A stretch of 31,735 bases of DNA from Dehalococcoidia bacterium (GTDB taxonomy: Bacteria > Chloroflexota > Dehalococcoidia > GIF9 > AB-539-J10): positions 1 to 31,735 of the forward strand of contig JAUWOK010000001.1 of the NCBI GenBank assembly GCA_030612165.1, given 5' to 3'. Below the pieces are notes generated by a model, which did not search any database, had not been told where the DNA came from, and saw nothing but the letters and a program-made list of their open reading frames with translations. Both the position numbers and the translations under genes were made by a program. This document shows positions 25,364 to 31,735 of this stretch, in pieces. How positions within the stretch are numbered: the first letter of the stretch is position 1; each line of letters begins with the position of its first letter.

Positions 25364-28071
25364 TTGAGAAGAGCTATTTCTTTTTCCAGTCTGTCTCTTT
25401 TGTCTTCAAGTATCTGAAGTCTTGTTCTTTCTCTTTCTACTACGTCTGGTGGGGCATTGGAAAGAAAAGAGGTATCTCCCAACCTTTTCTCAATCTGAAT
25501 TGCTCTTGTCTGTACAATTTCTCTTTCCCGACACAGTCGCTGCCTCTCTTCTGCCTGGTTTTCGATGCTTGTCCAGTGGAGAAGCACTTCGGTCTCTGTC
25601 AGTACCAGTTTTAGCGCCCCTTCGTCCTCGGCTTTTCTTTCGCTCCGAGGTTTAATATTTAAAAGCTGGGTACGCGCCAGGATTTCTATGAATGGTATCT
25701 GGGAAGATAATAGAGGTAGGAATTTTTCGTCGGTGTAGAGGGTACACTCAATCTTCTGCGTCGGCTTCATTTTGTACTGGGCTCGAACGTTACGTATGGA
25801 GCGGATTATCTCCGTGGTCGTTGCCAGCACCCTTTCTGCTTCTTTGTCGGTATGTAGAACGTCGGTGTCAGGATATGAGGCGATCATGATGGAATCTGGC
25901 AGGTTTTTGCTTTGCGAGATTTGTTTCAATGTTTGCCATATTTCTTCAGTGATAAAAGGCATGAAAGGGTGCAGGAGGCGAAGTGTTTTTTCCAGGACAT
26001 TTATAAGGAAAGGTAACGGTGACGGTTTTGAATGATTACGCAGCCGAATCTTGGCAAATTCGATGTACCAATCGCAAAAAGTTGACCAGAAGAAATCGTG
26101 TATCTGCTGTTCGGCTTCGCCGAACTGAGAATTCCCCAGCGCTCTGTTAACGTCGTGAACAAGGCGATTGAGTTGACTGATGATCCAGCGGTCTTCTAGC
26201 CGTTCCGCTTGGAGACCGAGCGAATCGTTCAATCCCGCAGATGGCGATATCAAGTCTGGCTGGCCATAATCGCCATTCTCTGTAGCAGACTGAATATTTC
26301 TGAAGATAAATCTGGAAGCGTTCCATATTTTATTGGTGAAGTTGCGACCAGCCTCCAGTTTTTGTTCCCCCAGGTTTATATCGTTTCCTGGAGAAGAGCC
26401 AGTGGTTATAGCAAAGCGCAGGGCATCGGTTCCGTATTCATCTATAGCTTTAAGTGGATTGATGACGTTTCCCTTGAGTTTGCTCATTTTTTCGCCTTTC
26501 TCGTCCCGAATTAATCCGTTGAGGTAAACGGTGCGGAAAGGGATATCTCCGGTGTTTTCCAATCCCAGCATGATCATCCTGGCTACCCAGAAAAAAAGGA
26601 TGTCGTAACCAGTTTCCATTACTGAAGTGGGATAAAAATAGCGCAGATCCGCGGTATCTGCTGGCCATCCCAGCGTGGAATGCGGCCATAGAGCTGAACT
26701 GAACCATGTGTCGAGGACATCAGTATCCTGGAAGATTTCCTTTGAGTTACAGTATGTGCATTCGGAAGGTTCGTCTACTGATACGGTCAGGTTGTCGCAT
26801 TTTTGGCAATACCAGACCGGGATGCGGTGTCCCCACCATATCTGGCGGCTGATACACCAATCCTTGATATTTTCCATCCAGTCGAAATAAGTTTTGGTAA
26901 AGCGTTTGGGGAGTATAGTCACTCGCTTTTCTTTTACAGCTTTTACAGCTTTTACAGCCAGTGGTTGTGTTTTGATAAACCACTGCAGGCTTATTTTAGG
27001 TTCAATTGCCGTTTGACAGCGACTGCAGTATCCTACTGAATGGAGACAAGGCTCAATTTTGTGCAGAAGATCCAGGTTTTTAAGTTCTGCTATCACATTG
27101 TCTCTGCAGACAAACCTTTCCTGCCCTTGGAAGGGGCTGGCATTTTCATTCATGGTGCCAGCAGTGTCCAGGATATTTACCGAGGGTAAGTGATGGCGGT
27201 GGGCGATTTCAAAGTCCGTTGGAGCATGTGCCGGGGTAATTTTCAATGCGCCGGTGCCAAAAGAAACGTCGACGGCGTTGTCAGCGATTACTGGTATTTT
27301 CTTCTTGATGATAGGCAAGACGACGTTTTTGCCTATAAAATGTTTGTAACGGCTATCTTTTGGGTTAACTGCTACGGCAACGTCTCCCAATAATGTTTCC
27401 GGGCGAGTAGTGGCCACGGTAATAAAAACATCGTTCTCTTCCAGGAAATAGCGGATGTGGTAAAGATGCCCCGCCGTGTCTTTATGCTCGACTTCAAGGT
27501 CGGAGAGTGCCGTTTGGCAGTGTGGGCACCAGTTTACCATTCTTTCCCCTTTGTAAATTAGGCCTTTGCGATACAGGTTGACGAAAGCGGTGCGAACGGC
27601 CTTGCTGGGCCCCTCGTCCAGTGTAAAATGTTCCCGGCTCCAGTCGCAGGAAACGCCCAATCTTTGGTGCTGATAATTGATTATTTTGCGACTTTTGTGT
27701 ACCCACTCCCAAGCCAGTTCGACGAATTTTTCTCTGCCGATATCCTCTTTAGTTTGTTTTTGTTTAGCTAACTGCCTTTCTATCACTATTTGGGTAGCGA
27801 TACCGGCGTGATCCGTTCCTGGAACCCATAATGTCGGCTCTCCCTTCATTCGGTGCCACCTGGCCATGATGTCTTCTAAAGTGATTGTCAAAGAATGTCC
27901 CAGGTGGAGTTCGCCTGTGACGTTGGGTGGAGGCATGATGATTACAAAAGGTTTCTTGTTGAAATCTATCTTGGGGGTGAAATAAGATTGTTTGAGCCAA
28001 AAATCATACCATTTCCGCTCGATTTTATCTGGCTCATAAATTCCAGGTATCTCCTGTGGCAGGTTATTCAC
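25360..28071 (-). CDS. valS: Valine--tRNA ligase
   Basis: PPPNVTGELHLGH (HIGH), ATTRPETL, DWCISRQIWWGHRIP, DVLDTWFSS, KMSKL, C-terminal coiled coil. Confidence 0.99.
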   Translation of the reverse strand: MNNLPQEIPGIYEPDKIERKWYDFWLKQSYFTPKIDFNKKPFVIIMPPPNVTGELHLGHSLTITLEDIMARWHRMKGEPTLWVPGTDHAGIATQIVIERQLAKQKQTKEDIGREKFVELAWEWVHKSRKIINYQHQRLGVSCDWSREHFTLDEGPSKAVRTAFVNLYRKGLIYKGERMVNWCPHCQTALSDLEVEHKDTAGHLYHIRYFLEENDVFITVATTRPETLLGDVAVAVNPKDSRYKHFIGKNVVLPIIKKKIPVIADNAVDVSFGTGALKITPAHAPTDFEIAHRHHLPSVNILDTAGTMNENASPFQGQERFVCRDNVIAELKNLDLLHKIEPCLHSVGYCSRCQTAIEPKISLQWFIKTQPLAVKAVKAVKEKRVTILPKRFTKTYFDWMENIKDWCISRQIWWGHRIPVWYCQKCDNLTVSVDEPSECTYCNSKEIFQDTDVLDTWFSSALWPHSTLGWPADTADLRYFYPTSVMETGYDILFFWVARMIMLGLENTGDIPFRTVYLNGLIRDEKGEKMSKLKGNVINPLKAIDEYGTDALRFAITTGSSPGNDINLGEQKLEAGRNFTNKIWNASRFIFRNIQSATENGDYGQPDLISPSAGLNDSLGLQAERLEDRWIISQLNRLVHDVNRALGNSQFGEAEQQIHDFFWSTFCDWYIEFAKIRLRNHSKPSPLPFLINVLEKTLRLLHPFMPFITEEIWQTLKQISQSKNLPDSIMIASYPDTDVLHTDKEAERVLATTTEIIRSIRNVRAQYKMKPTQKIECTLYTDEKFLPLLSSQIPFIEILARTQLLNIKPRSERKAEDEGALKLVLTETEVLLHWTSIENQAEERQRLCREREIVQTRAIQIEKRLGDTSFLSNAPPDVVERERTRLQILEDKRDRLEKEIALLN
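26931..26958. repeat. In-frame 9-bp tandem repeat x3 inside valS
   Basis: (CTTTTACAG)3C, encoding AVKAVKAVK on the minus strand. Confidence 0.9.
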
Positions 28072-29281
28072 TTTCCCTCTTTTTTAATTGCTCTCTTTGT
28101 GCCAATAGAGATGCTACTTTATCCAGAATATGCTCGGCTACTTCTCGCTTGGGCATAAGGGGCAAACTGGTTCTTTCGCCACTGCAATCAATTATCGTTA
28201 CTTTATTGTCATCCGATTCAAATCCGCCATCGCTGGAGGTGATGTCGTTGGCCACTATAAAATCAAGCTTTTTTTGCTTGAGTTTCAGTGTAGCGTTCTC
28301 TATCACGTGGTCGCTTTCTGCGGCAAAGCCTACCCGCAGAAAATCCCCCTTGATGCTGTTCAATATATCTTGCGTGGGTTCCATTTCCAGCGTTATAAAG
28401 GAAGATTTCTTTTTGATCTTTTTTGCAGATATGGTTTGAGGCCGATAATCAGAGACGGCTGCTGTCATGATCAGGGCATCGGCCTGGGTAATGTTATCTT
28501 TTGTAGCGTGGTACATTTCTTCAGCGGTACGCACCTGGAGAATATCTATGCCAGCGGGTTCCCTGAGAGCACAGGGAGCGGAAATGAGTGTTACCTTGGC
28601 TCCTCTATCACGAGCGGCGACGGCCAGAGAATAGCCTGTCTTGCCTGAGGAACGATTGGTGATATAACGTACGGGATCAATAAATTCTTGAGTGCCTCCT
28701 GCTGTAATCATGATTTGTTTTCCTGCCAGGTCGCCATTTTTGCCCAGTATCTGGTGAATGGCATCCAGGATGTTCTCAATCTCAGCAAGCCGTCCTGTCC
28801 CTTTTATGCCTGATGCCAGTCTTCCCGACGCTGGTTTGATGATGGCAAAGTGCCGGTCTTTAAGCTTGGCGAGATTATCCTGAGTAGCCGGATTATTGTA
28901 CATGTTGGTGTTCATGGCGGGGGCGATAATCACCGGTGCCTTGCTTGCCAATATCGTACAGCATAATAAATTATCGCCAAATCCTCCCGCTATTTTGGCG
29001 ATAGTATTGGCTGTGGCAGGAGCGACGATGATTATATCGGCGGTGCTGGCCAGAGATATATGATTGATCTGGGATGAAGCGGTTGAATCAAATATTTCGG
29101 TGAATACTGGTCTTCCCGTGATAGCTTGAAAGGTAAGGGGGGAGACTAACTTAGCGGCGGCATTGGTCATGATGGTATTGATTTTCATTCCCTCTTGCGT
29201 TAATTTACTGGCAAGCTCTACTGCTTTGTAAGCAGCTATTCCGCCTGTCACTCCTAGCACTATAGTTTTTCCTTCGGGCAT
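28064..29281 (-). CDS. coaBC: Bifunctional phosphopantothenoylcysteine decarboxylase/synthetase
   Basis: GVTGGIAAYK, HISL, APATANTIAK, PAMNTNM (CoaC); TAGGTQEFIDPVRYITNRSSGKTG, AAVSDY, GFAAES (CoaB). Confidence 0.97.
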   Translation of the reverse strand: MPEGKTIVLGVTGGIAAYKAVELASKLTQEGMKINTIMTNAAAKLVSPLTFQAITGRPVFTEIFDSTASSQINHISLASTADIIIVAPATANTIAKIAGGFGDNLLCCTILASKAPVIIAPAMNTNMYNNPATQDNLAKLKDRHFAIIKPASGRLASGIKGTGRLAEIENILDAIHQILGKNGDLAGKQIMITAGGTQEFIDPVRYITNRSSGKTGYSLAVAARDRGAKVTLISAPCALREPAGIDILQVRTAEEMYHATKDNITQADALIMTAAVSDYRPQTISAKKIKKKSSFITLEMEPTQDILNSIKGDFLRVGFAAESDHVIENATLKLKQKKLDFIVANDITSSDGGFESDDNKVTIIDCSGERTSLPLMPKREVAEHILDKVASLLAQREQLKKRESE

Positions 29282-30069
29282 TAACTTTCCTCCCTTTTGC
29301 TGACCGTGTGGTTCATTTCGTAAATATAGCGTAGCCCGATTAACGATAAATCTGGATTTATGTCAGTTATCAATGGAGTTTTATCGGCCAGAATATGCAC
29401 ACAACCACCGGTAGCGATGACCCGAGTCGTATAGCCCAATTCTTCATGGATGCGATTGATAATACCTTCGACAAGGCCAAGATATCCGAAGATCATGCCT
29501 GACTGCATAGCAGCGATTGTGGATTTTCCGATGATTTTCTCGGGCTGGATTAATTTTATATGGGGCAGCATGGCGGTTTGAGAAGATAGCGCCTCGCAGG
29601 CAATCCCGATGCCAGGAGAGATAACACCGCCAATATAATCTCCCGTTTTGGAGATGACGTCAAAGGTGGTGGCTGTGCCGAAATCAATAACGATTGCTGC
29701 TTCCTGATAAAGGCGGTGAACGGCGACGGCGTTCACGACCCGATCTGCCCCGAGTTCTCTGGGATTATCTATGCAAATGCGCACTCCTGTCCTGATGCCA
29801 GATTCTACTATCAACGGGGAAAGGCCAAGATATTTGCGACACATTTTGTCAAAAGTGGATGTCAGGAGGGGGACGACGCTACATAATGCTACTTTGTTTA
29901 TTTGTGACGGCGATAATTTTTGATACTGGAAAAGGTTAAGAAGCGCGATCCCGTATTCATCCGGGAGGTTGTGTGGATTAGTGGTTAACCGCCATGGCGC
30001 ATTTAACCTGGCCCCGTCAAATACGCCAATAGTGATAGTTGTATTTCCGATATCAATGGCAAGTAGCAT
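29281..30069 (-). CDS. coaX: Type III pantothenate kinase
   Basis: MLLAIDIGNT, LGADR, IDFGTATTFD, GGVISPG, TGG. Start reset to ATG 30069. Confidence 0.96.
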   Translation of the reverse strand: MLLAIDIGNTTITIGVFDGARLNAPWRLTTNPHNLPDEYGIALLNLFQYQKLSPSQINKVALCSVVPLLTSTFDKMCRKYLGLSPLIVESGIRTGVRICIDNPRELGADRVVNAVAVHRLYQEAAIVIDFGTATTFDVISKTGDYIGGVISPGIGIACEALSSQTAMLPHIKLIQPEKIIGKSTIAAMQSGMIFGYLGLVEGIINRIHEELGYTTRVIATGGCVHILADKTPLITDINPDLSLIGLRYIYEMNHTVSKREES

Positions 30070-30099
30070 AGTTATATGGGTCCTGTCGTTAGAGCACTG

Positions 30100-30129
30100 A
30101 TGGTAACACCGCTGATAAATTACTGGCAA
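30100..30129 (-). promoter_or_regulatory. Putative promoter of coaX-coaBC-valS
   Basis: TTGCCA (30129-30124), 18-bp spacer ending TGT, TACCAT (30105-30100). Confidence 0.5.
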
Positions 30130-30153
30130 GCGCAGCCGATCTCTTGGTACATT

Positions 30154-31110
30154 CTAAATCCATTGTCTGTGCTTGAGTTTGATGAGAATTGTGGCACCTA
30201 AAATAGCCATTACCAATAACAAGATACCAAAAGGCAATAGGTTGCCGGGGGACACTCCTCCCGGTAAAGGAACATTCATCCCGTAAATGCTGGCAACCAG
30301 AGTCATCGGAGAAATAATAGCCATGACAATAGTTAATATTCTCATTATTTCTTGCATGCGATTTGAAGTTAACCAGGCGCTGGTTTCAGCAAGAACCTCT
30401 ATTACCTCTTTGTTATCTTCGAGGCTATCCCAGATTTTACGGATGTGGTCGGCAATATCACCAAAGTAAAGATCCTGGTCTTCCTTGAAAAAAGAATAGT
30501 CTTCAATTTCCAGCGTTTCAAGCACCTGAATCTGAGGACGAATGACTCTGCGGAAAGAAATAAGATCCCTGCGGATCAAGGAGATTTGGTGAACTGTTTC
30601 CGGAGAAAGCTTATCGAACATGACCTCCTCTATATCATCAATATTGTCTGTGATCTTGTTAAGTATGGGGAAACAATAATTAACCAGTCTGTCGAGAATG
30701 TGATAGAGGCAAAACCCTGAACTCCTGCCCATGTATTTCTGGCGACTCTCTTTGTCCGCCTGGCATTCTTTAAAAAATTTACCCAAGGGCTTGAGATTGG
30801 CAGAACAATGGATCGTAATAATATAGTTTTCCCCGATGAAGAGATCCACTTCACTGGGTCTTGTTAGTTGGGTCTTTTTATCAAAAACAGGGAAATGGAG
30901 AACCATAAACACATGATCCTCGTATTCGTCAATTTTAGGTCGCTGGGTTCTGCTCAAAATGTCGTCCAGATTGAGAGGATGAAAGTTGAAATGTTTGCCC
31001 AAATAATCAACTGCGGCGGGAGAAGGTCTCTCAAGGTACAGCCAGGTTAATTTGCCGTAGTTGATCGAGTCTATGCCATATTTTTTTTGTTCCGCAGGCG
31101 TTATCGTCAT
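30154..31110 (-). CDS. corA: CorA-family Mg2+/Co2+ transporter
   Basis: FHPLNLDD, QRPKIDEY, MRILT, YGMN signature, two C-terminal TMs. Start ATG 31110 (AGAGGAAG upstream) preferred over 31173. Confidence 0.94.
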   Translation of the reverse strand: MTITPAEQKKYGIDSINYGKLTWLYLERPSPAAVDYLGKHFNFHPLNLDDILSRTQRPKIDEYEDHVFMVLHFPVFDKKTQLTRPSEVDLFIGENYIITIHCSANLKPLGKFFKECQADKESRQKYMGRSSGFCLYHILDRLVNYCFPILNKITDNIDDIEEVMFDKLSPETVHQISLIRRDLISFRRVIRPQIQVLETLEIEDYSFFKEDQDLYFGDIADHIRKIWDSLEDNKEVIEVLAETSAWLTSNRMQEIMRILTIVMAIISPMTLVASIYGMNVPLPGGVSPGNLLPFGILLLVMAILGATILIKLKHRQWI

Positions 31111-31203
31111 GGATCTTCCTCTAATCTTAAAGTAAGCAAATGACCTACTCATTCTAGCATTATCATTTATCAATTGTAACCAACTTAAGGGACAAGAGAC
31201 AAT

Positions 31204-31232
31204 TTGACAGTAAAGTTTTCTGATGGTATCCT
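31204..31232 (+). promoter_or_regulatory. Sigma70 rRNA promoter
   Basis: TTGACA (31204-31209), 17-bp spacer ending TGG, TATCCT (31227-31232). Confidence 0.8.
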
Positions 31233-31248
31233 TGTGAGTGTTTTTCTA

Positions 31249-31261
31249 AGCACCTTAACAA
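31249..31261 (+). promoter_or_regulatory. boxA-like antitermination element in the 16S leader
   Basis: AGCACCTTAACAA resembles E. coli rrn boxA TGCTCTTTAACAA. Confidence 0.55.
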
Positions 31262-31285
31262 CTAAATAGCGGAAGGAAGATTAAT

Positions 31286-31735
<450 letters not shown>

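Noticed and set aside
6166-28648. Long antisense ORFs (6166..6840, 14421..15038, 17056..17619, 22465..23391, 28130..28648)
   Set aside because: They lie fully opposite well-supported genes (ribD, hydD, hypB, secA, coaBC), have no motifs, and are expected as shadow frames.
31081-31088. A8 homopolymer near the corA 5' end as a phase-variation tract
   Set aside because: It is short, in frame (QKK), and expected by chance in an AT-rich stretch of a housekeeping gene.
1314-31173. Longer ORF-track starts for tuf (1314), rplJ (4722), hypE (8879), protease (13114), hydG (16025), coaX (30129), corA (31173)
   Set aside because: They overlap upstream genes, leader RNA or promoter elements. Downstream starts fit the SD sequences, ATGA coupling and family N-termini better.

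Overview
Mostly core genome of an anaerobic Chloroflexota bacterium, very probably class Dehalococcoidia. This rests on 16S signatures and on gene order resembling what I recall of Dehalococcoides: glyA-prs-secA near valS, and rplL not followed by rpoB. From left to right: (1) a minus-strand RNase J-like MBL/beta-CASP hydrolase, missing from the ORF track and running off the window; (2) tRNA-Thr/Tyr/Thr, then tuf-rpmG-secE-nusG-rplKA-[L10 leader]-rplJL and a 2-TM protein; (3) a 12.4-kb minus-strand block, pncC-hypAB-hydBGDA (group 3b NAD(P)-linked [NiFe] hydrogenase)-maturation protease-hypF-hypCDE-acpS-ribD; (4) a stand-alone 5S rRNA gene with its own promoter, divergent from glyA-prs-secA-HAD-hypothetical; (5) minus-strand corA and coaX-coaBC-valS; (6) the 5' part of a 16S rRNA gene. 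I saw no CRISPR array, integrase, transposase or prophage. I cannot show a new multi-gene system. The best leads are the accessory RNase J-like nuclease with an upstream gene remnant, the orphan 5S unit, a bL12 with a 45-aa charged N-terminal extension, and a HypB lacking the canonical Ni-binding His. Several other conserved-residue substitutions (GlyA, CoaBC, HypF, SecA) may only reflect a fast-evolving lineage.
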